From: Solirubrobacteraceae bacterium
GTDB taxonomy: Bacteria; Actinomycetota; Thermoleophilia; Solirubrobacterales; Solirubrobacteraceae
Length of the DNA stretch: 64,000 bases
Reading direction: 5' to 3'
Assembly: GCA_036267215.1 (NCBI GenBank)
Contig: DATAWL010000057.1
Coordinates: 12,102 to 76,101 of the forward strand
Translations under genes and position numbers: made by a program
Part shown: one piece after another, positions 19,777 through 29,141 of the stretch
How positions within the stretch are numbered: position 1 is the first letter of the stretch
Layout: every line of letters starts with the position of its first letter
Notes under the pieces: generated by a model
Seen by the model: the letters and a program-made list of their open reading frames with translations, nothing else
Database searches by the model: none
What the model was told of the DNA's origin: nothing

Positions 19777-20537
19777 GCGACACGCTGACCCTCGAGAACC
19801 TCGTCGTCCCCCGCGGCGGCCGCGACGTCGTCCGCGACATCACGATCGAGGTGACGCCCGGGGAGGTCACCGCGCTCCTGGGCCCCAACGGGGCCGGCAA
19901 GTCGAGCATGGTGCTGGCCGTCGGCGGCGTGCTGGCACTCAAGCGCGGCAAGGTCGTGCTGGGCGAGGTCAACCTCGCCGGACGCCGCCCCGAGCGCATT
20001 CGCCAGGCCGGACTGGCCATCGTCCCCGAGGGACGGCGGCTGCTGCCCGAGCTCACCGTGGCGGACAACCTGATGGTGGCGACCTACTCGATGTCCAAGA
20101 GCAAGGCGACAGCCGGACGCACGCGCGCGCTGGAGATGTTCCCCGAGCTCGAGAAGCGGTTGACGACCCAGGCCCGGTCGCTCTCCGGTGGCGAGCAGCA
20201 GATGGTGGTCCTGGCCCAGGCGCTCGTGTCCGAGCCGCGGTTCGTGATCATCGACGAGCTGTCGCTCGGCCTCGCCCCCGTGGTCGTTCAGCGGCTGATC
20301 CCGACGATCGAGTCGATCACCTCGACCGGCACCGGCGTGTTGCTCATCGAGCAGTTCGCCACCGTGGCGCTGGGCATGTCCAACCGGGCGTACGTGATGG
20401 AGGGCGGCCGGATTCAGTACTCCGGCACCGCCGCGGAGCTGACCGAGAAGCCCGAGCTCCTGCACTCCGCGTATCTGTTGCGGGAGGGCATCAACGGCGC
20501 CACGGCTCCAACGGAGAGCCTGCCGGCCGGCGGATGA
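19773..20537 (+). CDS. ABC ATPase (LivF-like)
   Basis: GPNGAGKS, VPEGRR, LSGGEQQM, DELSLGLAP. Confidence 0.92.
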   Translation: MSDTLTLENLVVPRGGRDVVRDITIEVTPGEVTALLGPNGAGKSSMVLAVGGVLALKRGKVVLGEVNLAGRRPERIRQAGLAIVPEGRRLLPELTVADNLMVATYSMSKSKATAGRTRALEMFPELEKRLTTQARSLSGGEQQMVVLAQALVSEPRFVIIDELSLGLAPVVVQRLIPTIESITSTGTGVLLIEQFATVALGMSNRAYVMEGGRIQYSGTAAELTEKPELLHSAYLLREGINGATAPTESLPAGG

Positions 20538-20956
20538 GCGCCGGGCTCGGGGTGTCCGAGCTGGAGCACGTGCTCGTGCTCTGCGACGACATCGTGGCCG
20601 CTCGTGACTTCTACCAGCGAGCCGTCGGGTTGCGGGTGGGCGACCGCCCCCCGCTCCAGTTCGACGGCTACTGGCTCTACGCCGGGTCCACGCCGTGCCT
20701 GCACATCGCCGACCGCGCCTCCTACCGGGCGCACGCACGCACGCTCGGGCTCGACGTGGGCGAGCGCCCCGCCGCGCCGGGCGCCGGCCCGGTCGATCAT
20801 CTGGCATTCAGCGCCGCTGATTACGATGCGGTGACAGAGCGGCTGACGGCGGCGGGGATCGAGCCGGTGCGCAATGACGTGCCGGGCGGCGGGCCCCGCC
20901 AGCTGTTCTTCAGCGATCCGGAGGGACTCCGGGTCGAGATCAACGTGAAGGCCTGA
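20534..20956 (+). CDS. VOC/glyoxalase-family protein
   Basis: LEHVL, RPPLQFDGYWLY, VDHLAF, FSDPEGLRVE. Confidence 0.85.
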   Translation: MSAGLGVSELEHVLVLCDDIVAARDFYQRAVGLRVGDRPPLQFDGYWLYAGSTPCLHIADRASYRAHARTLGLDVGERPAAPGAGPVDHLAFSAADYDAVTERLTAAGIEPVRNDVPGGGPRQLFFSDPEGLRVEINVKA

Positions 20957-20973
20957 CACCCGAGGAGGCACCC

Positions 20974-22119
20974 ATGCCGCAGACTGCTGAGATCACCGCC
21001 GGTCGCCGGACCGTGCCGCCGTTCCGCGCCGATCACGTCGGCAGCCTCCTGCGACCGGCCCGGCTCAAGCAGGCCCGCCTCGACCTTGAGAACGGGAAGC
21101 TGACCGCCGAGGAGCTGCGGGGCATCGAGGATCAGGAGATCCGCGGGATCGTCGACATGCAGCGGGTGGTCGGCCTCCAGGCCGCGACCGACGGCGAGTT
21201 TCGCCGCGCCTCGTGGCACATGGACTTCATCTACCGGCTCGGCGGGATCGACAAGACCTCCGGCAACGTCCAGGTCCACTTCCGCAATGCCGACGGCACC
21301 GTCGACTTCACCCCGGCGGCGATCGAGGTCAACGAGAAGGTCTCACTCGAGCAGACCATCTTCGACGACGACTTCCGCTACCTCAACGGGCTGTGCGGCG
21401 GCGACCTCGTCGCCAAGCTCACGATCCCGTCGCCCAACATGGTCCACTACCGCAGTGGCGCGGCGGCGCTGAACCCCGAGGTCTATCCGGACATCGAGCC
21501 GTTCTGGCAGGACCTCGCCCAGGCCTACGCGCACGAGATCCGGGAGATCGCCTCGCTGGGATGCGAGTACCTCCAGCTCGACGACACGAGCCTCGCCTAC
21601 CTCAACGATCCCAACCAGCGCGACTACCTCCAGGCTCGCGGCGAGGACATCGCCCACCTGCACGAGACCTACGTGCGCAACATCAACAGCGCCGTCGCCG
21701 GGCGGCCGGACGGGATCACCATCACCACCCACCTGTGCCGCGGCAACTTCCGTTCTTCGTGGGCGGCCGAAGGCGGCTACGACTACGTGGCCGAGACCAT
21801 GTTCGGCGGCCTCGACGTCGACGGCTTCTTCCTGGAGTACGACGATGAGCGCTCCGGCGGCTTCGAGCCGCTGCGCTACGTGCCGCGGGGCAAGCTGGTG
21901 GTGCTGGGCCTGGTGACGACCAAGCGCGGCGCGCTGGAGCACAAGGACGACCTCAAGCGGCGGATCGAGGAGGCGTCCCGCTACGTGCCGATCGAGCAGC
22001 TGTGCCTGTCGCCTCAGTGCGGCTTCTCGTCGACGGTCGAGGGCAACGAGCTGACCTACGACCAGCAGCAGGCCAAGCTGGCGCTGGTGGTGGAGACCGC
22101 GGCCGAGGTCTGGGGGTAG
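20974..22119 (+). CDS. Single-domain cobalamin-independent methionine synthase-like (MetE C-terminal/YxjH-like) Zn thiol transferase
   Basis: ADHVGSLLRP, TDGEFRR, HLCRGN, LEYD, SPQCGF. Confidence 0.88.
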   Translation: MPQTAEITAGRRTVPPFRADHVGSLLRPARLKQARLDLENGKLTAEELRGIEDQEIRGIVDMQRVVGLQAATDGEFRRASWHMDFIYRLGGIDKTSGNVQVHFRNADGTVDFTPAAIEVNEKVSLEQTIFDDDFRYLNGLCGGDLVAKLTIPSPNMVHYRSGAAALNPEVYPDIEPFWQDLAQAYAHEIREIASLGCEYLQLDDTSLAYLNDPNQRDYLQARGEDIAHLHETYVRNINSAVAGRPDGITITTHLCRGNFRSSWAAEGGYDYVAETMFGGLDVDGFFLEYDDERSGGFEPLRYVPRGKLVVLGLVTTKRGALEHKDDLKRRIEEASRYVPIEQLCLSPQCGFSSTVEGNELTYDQQQAKLALVVETAAEVWG

Positions 22120-22123
22120 CGCG

Positions 22124-23167
22124 ATGCGCGCGGCCGTCACCGAGAACGTCGGTCAGATGTCCGTCCTCGACCGGCCCGAGCCGGGGGAGCCGGGGCCCGG
22201 GCAGGTCCTCGTGCACCCGGAGGCGGTCGGGATCTGCGGCTCGGACTACCACTTCTTCTCCGGCCACCTGTCAGCGGCGGCCGGCGGCTCCCAGTTCCCC
22301 CGCATCCTCGGCCACGAGGTCGGGGCGGCGATCGCCGCGATCGGGCCGGGCTGCCGGCCGGAGCTGCAAACCGGGCAGCGGGTGGCGATGCTGCCGATCA
22401 GCAACTGCGGGCGCTGCTACCCGTGCAGCGTCGGCCGCCCCAACGCCTGCGACAACTTCTCGCTGGTGGGGATCCACACTGACGGGGGCCTGCAGGAGCT
22501 GCTGTGCCTCCCCCAGGATCAGGTCTTTCCCATCCAGGCCGCCGATGGCGCCCTCGCCGCGCTGGCCGAGCCGGTGTCGGTCGCGGTGCACGCGGTGCAC
22601 CGCGGGCGGATCCAGCCCGGCGAACGCGTCGTCGTGTTCGGCGCCGGGCCGATCGGCCAGTGCGTCGCGGTGGTGGCCCGCGAGCTCGGGGCCGAGGCGC
22701 TCCTCGTCGACCCGCAGGAGAGCCGGCTCGAGCTCGGCCGGGCGCTGGGCGCCGAGACCCTGCGGTGGACGAGCGCGGACGAGGTCGTCGGGTTCGGCCG
22801 TGAATGGGGCGGGGTCGATGGCTCGGGCGGGCCTCCGGTCGTCGTCGACGCCACCGGCGTCCCGTCCGCGGTCCGAGCGATGGTGGAGATCGTGGCCTCG
22901 GCCGGCCGGGCGGTCCAGGTGGGGATGTCGACCGACGACGTCTCGATCCGGATCGGCGCCCTCACTGAGAAGGAGCTCGACGTGCTGGGGGCGAGCTGTT
23001 GCACGAGCGACGACTTCGGCGAGGCCGTCGGCGTGGTGGAGCGCAACGCCGGCGCGCTGGCCGGGCTGATCAGCCACGAGTTCGATCTCGGGCAGGCGCC
23101 CGAGGCGATGCGCTTTGCCATGAGCAATCCGACTGAGGTGATGAAGGTGGTGATCCGCGGTGAGTGA
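22124..23167 (+). CDS. Zn-dependent MDR dehydrogenase (sugar-acid/polyol type)
   Basis: GICGSD, GHE, CGRCYPC...C, GAGPIG. Confidence 0.9.
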   Translation: MRAAVTENVGQMSVLDRPEPGEPGPGQVLVHPEAVGICGSDYHFFSGHLSAAAGGSQFPRILGHEVGAAIAAIGPGCRPELQTGQRVAMLPISNCGRCYPCSVGRPNACDNFSLVGIHTDGGLQELLCLPQDQVFPIQAADGALAALAEPVSVAVHAVHRGRIQPGERVVVFGAGPIGQCVAVVARELGAEALLVDPQESRLELGRALGAETLRWTSADEVVGFGREWGGVDGSGGPPVVVDATGVPSAVRAMVEIVASAGRAVQVGMSTDDVSIRIGALTEKELDVLGASCCTSDDFGEAVGVVERNAGALAGLISHEFDLGQAPEAMRFAMSNPTEVMKVVIRGE

Positions 23168-24740
23168 CGAATTCGACTACGTGGTCGTCGGCGCCGGCTC
23201 GGCCGGCTGCGTGCTGGCGGCGCGGCTGAGCGAGGACCCGGAGGTCCGGGTGGCGCTGCTGGAGGCGGGCGGTGAGGACACCGCCCCCGAGATCCGCGTA
23301 CCGGCGATCTTCCCCATCATGTTCAAGACCGAGCTGGATTGGGACCTGCTCGGCGACCCCGAGCCGGGCATGGACGACCGACGGCTGTCGCTGCCCCGCG
23401 GGCGGATGCTCGGCGGTTGCAGCTCGATCAACGCGATGATCTATGTGCGCGGCAACCGGCTGGACTACGACGAGTGGGCGCAGGCCGGGTGTGAGGGCTG
23501 GGGCTATGACGACGTGCTCCCCTACTTCAAGCGCTCGGAGGACAACGAGCGCGGCGAGGATGCCTACCACGGCGCCGGCGGCCCGCTGACCGTCTCCGAC
23601 GGCCGGGCCATGTCCCCGCTGGTCGACGCCATGATCGAGGCCGGCCGCCAGGCGGGCCACGAGCTCAACCCGGACTTCAACGGCGCCCGGCAGGAGGGCG
23701 TCGGCCGCTTCCAGCTGACCCAGCGGGACGGCCTGCGCGTGAGCACCGCCGACGCGTTCCTGCATCCGGCGCGCGTGCGGCCGAACCTGACCGTGCTGAC
23801 CGGCGCCTACGCGCTGCGCCTCCTGTTCGCGGGCCGGCGTGCGACCGGCGTGCAGATCTCCCGCCACGACCAGGTGCGGGAGATCCGCGCCACCCGCGAG
23901 GTCATCCTGTCCGCCGGCGCCTACTACTCGCCCCAGTTGCTGATGCTCTCGGGCATTGGGCCCGAGGATCAGCTCGCGCCGATGGGGATCGAGATCCGCG
24001 AGGCGCTGCCGGTGGGCGAGAACCTCCAGGACCACTGCATGGTCAACCTCAACTACACGACCGACGCGCCGTCGCTGTTCGGCGCCGCGACGCCGGAGAA
24101 CTTCGCGCTGCTCCAGGAGGGCCGCGGGCCGCTGACCTCCAATATCCCGGAGGGGGCGGCGTTCATCCGGGCCCGCAGCGGGGCGCCGGCCCCCGACGTC
24201 GAGTTTCACTTCGCCCCGTCGATGCTCTACGACCAGGGGCTGACCGCACCCGAGGCCCCGGGCATGGCCTACGGTCCGGTGGTGGTCAATCCCACCGGCC
24301 GCGGGCGGGTGATGCTGCGCTCCCCGATGGCACTGGCCAAGCCGCGGGTGCTGTGCAACTTCCTCACCACCGAGGAGGACCGCGAGAGCATGCGCATCGG
24401 TCTGCGGATGGCGCTGGAGATGGCGCAGCAGCCGGCGCTGCAGGCGGTGATCAACGCGCCGTTCCGGGTGCCGGACTCCGATTCCGACGAGGACCTGATG
24501 GCGTTCGCCCGGCGCGAGGGGATGACCGTGTTCCACCCCACCTCGAGCTGCGCGATGGGGTCGGTGGTCGACTCTGAACTGCGGGTGTACGGGGTCGACG
24601 GGCTGCGTGTCGCCGACGCCAGCGTGATGCCGCAGATCACGCGGGCCAACACGAACGCGGCGACGATCATGATCGCCGAGAAGGCCGCCGACCTGATCCG
24701 CTCCGGGAGTCCGGCTGCGGCGACCGCGGGGGTGGTGTGA
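23160..24740 (+). CDS. GMC oxidoreductase (choline/aryl-alcohol dehydrogenase-like)
   Basis: GAGSAG, RGRMLGGCSSIN, GENLQDH, FHP, ANTNA. Confidence 0.92.
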   Translation: MSDEFDYVVVGAGSAGCVLAARLSEDPEVRVALLEAGGEDTAPEIRVPAIFPIMFKTELDWDLLGDPEPGMDDRRLSLPRGRMLGGCSSINAMIYVRGNRLDYDEWAQAGCEGWGYDDVLPYFKRSEDNERGEDAYHGAGGPLTVSDGRAMSPLVDAMIEAGRQAGHELNPDFNGARQEGVGRFQLTQRDGLRVSTADAFLHPARVRPNLTVLTGAYALRLLFAGRRATGVQISRHDQVREIRATREVILSAGAYYSPQLLMLSGIGPEDQLAPMGIEIREALPVGENLQDHCMVNLNYTTDAPSLFGAATPENFALLQEGRGPLTSNIPEGAAFIRARSGAPAPDVEFHFAPSMLYDQGLTAPEAPGMAYGPVVVNPTGRGRVMLRSPMALAKPRVLCNFLTTEEDRESMRIGLRMALEMAQQPALQAVINAPFRVPDSDSDEDLMAFARREGMTVFHPTSSCAMGSVVDSELRVYGVDGLRVADASVMPQITRANTNAATIMIAEKAADLIRSGSPAAATAGVV

Positions 24741-25114
24741 TGCGGGTGCTCGATGAACGGCAGGCCGCCGTCGTGCGCAGGGTGTGCGAGGCGATCGTGC
24801 CCGGATGTGACCGAACGGGCGCCGAGCTGTACGTCGACGCGCTGCTGGCCGGGATGCCCGAGGAGGCGCGGGACGGCATCGTGGGCGCGTTCGAATCGCT
24901 GGCCGAGGCCGTCGACGCCGGCGAGACGGCCCTGCGCAAGCGCCAGTTCACGCCCGAGTTCGGGATGGCGCGGGCGTTCGCCTGCGAGGCGTTCTACAGC
25001 GACTTCGTCGCCCCCGGCAGGGCGGGGCCGGGCGCGTGGGAGGAGATCGACTTCCGGTTCCCGCTGGCCGATCGCATCAACAAGGACTGGTCGTTTCTGG
25101 GGGTACAAGGATGA
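24737..25114 (+). CDS. Small GMC partner protein (gluconate 2-dehydrogenase subunit 3-like)
   Basis: Coupled directly upstream of a GMC; CEAIVPG...GAELYVD...AFYSD...GAWEEIDF pattern. Confidence 0.6.
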   Translation: MMRVLDERQAAVVRRVCEAIVPGCDRTGAELYVDALLAGMPEEARDGIVGAFESLAEAVDAGETALRKRQFTPEFGMARAFACEAFYSDFVAPGRAGPGAWEEIDFRFPLADRINKDWSFLGVQG

Positions 25115-26610
25115 ACGCAGAGCGGTATGACGTCGTCGTGGTCGGGTCGGGCGCCGGCGGCGGCCTGGTGGCCGGCGAGGTGGCTGATTCCGGGGCCAGC
25201 GTGCTCCTGCTCGAGGCCGGCCCGCACCGCACGGCGGCCGATTTCACCCGGTGGGAGGCCCACGCCAACCACGACATCTGGTTCCCGCCCACGCTGGTGG
25301 AGCCGGCCGCCGAGGGCGCGCCGCCGCTGGCGGTGATCCGCGGCCGCTGCGTCGGCGGGACGAGCACCGTCAACACGAAGGTGGCGCTGCGCCCGTCCCA
25401 CGAGGACTACGCCAAGTGGCACGTGGCCGCGGGCCTCACCGGCGCGGACGGCGGCGCGTTCGGCGCCGGCGACATGACGCCCCACTTCGAGCGCGTCGAG
25501 GCGCGGCTGGGCGTGCGCGAGCGGTCCGACTGGCAACAGTGCATCCGCACCGTCGTCCCCGGCTTTGCGGCGATGGACGCCGAGCTGCAGCCGGTGATGT
25601 CCTACACGGACGCCAACTGCATGCGCTGCGGCTCCTGCCTGCAGGGATGCCCGACCAACGCGGGCAAGAACTCGATGAACGTCTACATCCATCCCCCGTG
25701 GGCGGCCGGGCGGCTGACGCTGCGCGCCGAATGCACCGTCTCGCGGGTGCTGATCGAGGATCGCGGGGCCGGCCTGGAGGCGACCGGCGTGGAGTACACC
25801 GACGCGGACGGGGCGTCGCACACCGTGCAGGCCAATGTGGTCGTGGTGGCCGGCGGGGCGATGGCCACCTCGCATCTGCTGCTGCGCTCGGGCATCCCCG
25901 AGGCCAGCGGCGGCTCGGCCAGCTCCCGGCTGATCGGGCGCAACGTCGGCTGGCACCCGGCCCGGATCCTCGCCGGCCTGTTCGACGAGCCCCAGGACGC
26001 CCACCGGGTCTACCCGATCAGCGCCCACTGCATGAAGTTCCAGAGCGACGCCGACGGCGGCTTCATCGTCGAGGCGGCCACGATCCAGGATCCGATCGGA
26101 TTCGCCGTGATGGTGTGCGACGAGGACGGTGTGCCCATGTGGGGCCGGCAGCTGACCGAGACCACCCGCCGGTACCGGTACTTCACCGGCCTGCTGACGA
26201 TGGTCACCGACCAGAACAACGGCACCGCCTGGATCGACGAGGACGGCCGCGACCGGTGGTCCTATGAGTTCAACGAGGTCGAGCGCGAGCGCGACGGCGC
26301 GGCGCTGAGCTTCGCCCGCGAGGTCCTGCTCGCCGCCGGCGCCAAGCGCGTGCTGCCGACCGGCCAGTCGAGCACCCACGTCCAGGGCGGGTGCCGCATG
26401 GGCTCAGACCCCGAGCGCTCGGTGGTCGACGCCCACGCGGAGTCCCACGACGTGCGACGGTTGTTCGTCGGGGATGGCTCGGTGATCCCGTGCACCCTGT
26501 CCGTCAATCCGTCGCTGACGATCATGGCGCTGGCCAGCCGGCTGGCCCAGTACCTGGCCGGCGCCGAGCACGGCTATTTCGGGCGAGCTCGCGCTCAGGC
26601 CGTGGCCTAG
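25111..26610 (+). CDS. GMC oxidoreductase with CxxCxxCxxxCP motif
   Basis: GSGAGG, GRCVGGTSTVN, CMRCGSCLQGCP, HVQGGCRMG, VNPSLTIMALA. Confidence 0.9.
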   Translation: MNAERYDVVVVGSGAGGGLVAGEVADSGASVLLLEAGPHRTAADFTRWEAHANHDIWFPPTLVEPAAEGAPPLAVIRGRCVGGTSTVNTKVALRPSHEDYAKWHVAAGLTGADGGAFGAGDMTPHFERVEARLGVRERSDWQQCIRTVVPGFAAMDAELQPVMSYTDANCMRCGSCLQGCPTNAGKNSMNVYIHPPWAAGRLTLRAECTVSRVLIEDRGAGLEATGVEYTDADGASHTVQANVVVVAGGAMATSHLLLRSGIPEASGGSASSRLIGRNVGWHPARILAGLFDEPQDAHRVYPISAHCMKFQSDADGGFIVEAATIQDPIGFAVMVCDEDGVPMWGRQLTETTRRYRYFTGLLTMVTDQNNGTAWIDEDGRDRWSYEFNEVERERDGAALSFAREVLLAAGAKRVLPTGQSSTHVQGGCRMGSDPERSVVDAHAESHDVRRLFVGDGSVIPCTLSVNPSLTIMALASRLAQYLAGAEHGYFGRARAQAVA

Positions 26611-26619
26611 ACATCTGGC

Positions 26620-27537
26620 GTGACGACCGTCGTGATCTGCGGCGCCGGCGGCGGCGTCGGCGCCTCGGTGGCGTTCAACCTGCTGCTGTCGGGGCCGGGG
26701 TGCGAGGTGGTGATGGTCGACGCCCGGGCCAACATGCTGCGCTCGCACCTGTGGGATCTCGAGCAGGTGCTCGAGCAGACCGGCGTGGTCGGCGCTTCCG
26801 TGCGCGAGGGCGGGTTTGACGATGTCGTGGGTGCCGACGTGCTGGTCGTGGCGGCCGCCGCCCCGCTGACCGTCAACACCTCGCGGATGGTCTACCTGGC
26901 CGACAACGCGGCGGTTCTGGCGCCGCTGCTGTCGGGGCTGGGATCCGGATGGCCGGGGACGATCATCCTGGTGACCAACCCGGTCGACCCGCTGGGGACC
27001 TGGGCCGCGCGCCGGTTCGGGTTCGATCGCTCGCGGCTGCTCGGCTACACGCTCAACGACTCGCTGCGGCTGCGGACCGGCATCGGTCAGGCGCTCGGGG
27101 TGGCGCCGGGGGCCGTCGAGGCGTGGGCGGTGGGGGAGCACGGAGATCTGTCGGTGCCGCTGTGGGAGCGGGTCGTCGTCGATGGTCGTGCGGCGGAGCT
27201 GGACCCGCATCTGCGGTCTCGCGTCGAGCACTACATCCGCGGCTGGTATGTCCGGCACGTCGCCCTGGACTCGGGGCGCTCCTCGACCTGGACCTCGGGG
27301 GTGGGGATCGCCCGGATGGTCCGCGCGGTCGTGGACCCGGGAGGTGCGGAGCTCTGGCCCGCGTCCGTGGCGTTGCGGGGCGAGTACGGGGTCGAGGGCG
27401 TCACCCTCAGCGTGCCGGTGGTGCTGGGCGGCGGCGGGATGCGCGGTATTGAGGAGTGGGAGCTTTCCCGGGAGTCGCTCGAAGGGTTGCGAGCTGCCGC
27501 AGCGCTCGTGCGGGAGGCCGCCGGCAGTCTCGAGTGA
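26620..27537 (+). CDS. Lactate/malate dehydrogenase-family 2-hydroxyacid dehydrogenase
   Basis: GAGGGVG, TNPVD, DSLR, GEHGD. Confidence 0.88.
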   Translation: MTTVVICGAGGGVGASVAFNLLLSGPGCEVVMVDARANMLRSHLWDLEQVLEQTGVVGASVREGGFDDVVGADVLVVAAAAPLTVNTSRMVYLADNAAVLAPLLSGLGSGWPGTIILVTNPVDPLGTWAARRFGFDRSRLLGYTLNDSLRLRTGIGQALGVAPGAVEAWAVGEHGDLSVPLWERVVVDGRAAELDPHLRSRVEHYIRGWYVRHVALDSGRSSTWTSGVGIARMVRAVVDPGGAELWPASVALRGEYGVEGVTLSVPVVLGGGGMRGIEEWELSRESLEGLRAAAALVREAAGSLE

Positions 27538-27656
27538 GACCGCGTTTGCGTCGCCGGCCGGCGCGGCGGGTCGGTGGCCGTGGCGGCGGTGGAGGTTGCA
27601 CGAAAAACGGCGGGCTATCGCTGGGGGCACGGGCGCCGGCGCGGGCGGCGAACCCC

Positions 27657-27766
27657 CGCCAACGTGGAAAACGTGACAAACCGCGCAGCTCGATCCAGGT
27701 TTGTCCCCAGATCGCCCTCCAGCGTGGGAAACGTGACAAACCTCCGAGTGCGATCCCGGTTTGTCC
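27657..27766. repeat. Two tandem 60-bp-period units, each carrying a GACAAACC-N15-GGTTTGTC inverted repeat (REP-like)
   Basis: Arms at 27675-27682/27698-27705 and 27735-27742/27758-27765, with a shared CGTGG(A/G)AAACGT prefix and CGATCC in the loop. Confidence 0.8.
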
Positions 27767-27847
27767 GCCATTCACGCGCACGTCCCGGCCTCGGTTCCCG
27801 CCTCGATGGCCGCCGGTGACGTTCGCCGATCCCGCAGCGAACGCGCC

Positions 27848-29098
27848 TCAGACCACCGGCGGCCCGGGGACCGGCATCTCAGAGGCCGGCGGCGGGGCCG
27901 CCTCCCGACGCGGAGCGAACAGCAGATCGATCAGCAGCGCGCTGACCCCGGCGACCGCGATCACGATGGCCATCGGCAGCGCGTCGTGACTTCCCCCCAC
28001 CCCCACCAGCGGCGCCACCACCGCACCCGAGCCGAACTGGCCGAGCCCCAGCAGCGCCGAGGCGGCGCCCAGCGAGGCGCTCTGGCCGGTCATCGCCGCC
28101 GCCGTGCCGTTGGGCAGCACCAGGCCGTTGGAGGCCAGCAGCGCGAAGAAGCAGACGAGCAGGAAGCCGAGTCCCGCGTGGGTGGCGGTCACCACCAGCG
28201 CCGCCAGCGAGGCCGCCGCGGTCCCGAACAGGCCGCGGCGCAGCAGCCGGGCCGAGCCCAGCCTCCCCACGACGCGGCTGCCCAGCAGCGACAGGGCGAT
28301 CAGCCCGGCCGAGTTGACGGCGAACACGACGCTGAACAGCTGGGGCGAGATGCCGTAGATGTCCTCGAGCACGAACGAGGAGCCCGCGATGTAGCCGAAC
28401 ATGGCCGCGAACGACAGCGAGAACGCCGCCGCGTAGGGGGCGAAGCTGCGGTCGCGCAGCAGCCGGCCGAAGGTGCCCAGCACCAGCCGCAGCTCGCCGC
28501 TGTGGCGGCGGTCGGGCGACAGCGTCTCCGGCAGCCCGAAGGCGGTGGCCACGACGAGCGGCACGCCGACCGCGGCCAGCACGATGAATACGCCACGCCA
28601 GGAGGTGACCAGCAGCACCTGGCCGCCGATCAGCGGCGCGCACACCGGGATCACCCCGGTGATCCCGGTCAGCAGGGCGAACATCCGGGCGGCCACGGTG
28701 CCGCCGCTGAGGTCGCGGACGATCGCCCGGGCAATGACGATCCCGGCGCCGCCGGCCATCCCCTGGACCAGCCGCACCGCGATCAGAACCGCCACCGACG
28801 GCGACACCGCGCACACCACCGAGCTGACGGCGTAGCCGGCGATGCCGACCAGCAGCGGCCGGCGGCGCCCCAGCGAGTCGCTCAGCGGCCCGGCGATCAG
28901 CTGCCCCACGCCCAGCCCCAGCATGCAGGCGGTGATCGTCAGCTGGGCGGCCGACGCGGTGGTGTGCAGGTCGCGGGTCAGCGACGGCAGGCCGGGCAGG
29001 TACATGTCCAGCGACAGCGGCCCGAAGGCCGACAGCGCCGCCAGCAGCACGATCTGCGGGCGCGTCGGCCCGCGCACCGATCCCACGGTCGCGGTCAC
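27848..29098 (-). CDS. Bcr/CflA-family MFS efflux transporter
   Basis: LSLDMYLPGLP, GPLSDSLGRRRPLL; multiple hydrophobic TM segments. Confidence 0.92.
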   Translation of the reverse strand: MTATVGSVRGPTRPQIVLLAALSAFGPLSLDMYLPGLPSLTRDLHTTASAAQLTITACMLGLGVGQLIAGPLSDSLGRRRPLLVGIAGYAVSSVVCAVSPSVAVLIAVRLVQGMAGGAGIVIARAIVRDLSGGTVAARMFALLTGITGVIPVCAPLIGGQVLLVTSWRGVFIVLAAVGVPLVVATAFGLPETLSPDRRHSGELRLVLGTFGRLLRDRSFAPYAAAFSLSFAAMFGYIAGSSFVLEDIYGISPQLFSVVFAVNSAGLIALSLLGSRVVGRLGSARLLRRGLFGTAAASLAALVVTATHAGLGFLLVCFFALLASNGLVLPNGTAAAMTGQSASLGAASALLGLGQFGSGAVVAPLVGVGGSHDALPMAIVIAVAGVSALLIDLLFAPRREAAPPPASEMPVPGPPVV

Positions 29099-29141
29099 GC
29101 CGGGACCCGGCGGTCAGCCCCAGTCACGCCGGCAGCTGGGC

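Noticed and set aside
20974-22119. Canonical metE
   Set aside because: About half the length of MetE, lacks the N-terminal domain, and sits in a catabolic operon.
27657-27766. Possible mini CRISPR array
   Set aside because: Only two units, the variable parts are 14-15 nt and partly conserved, and there are no cas genes.
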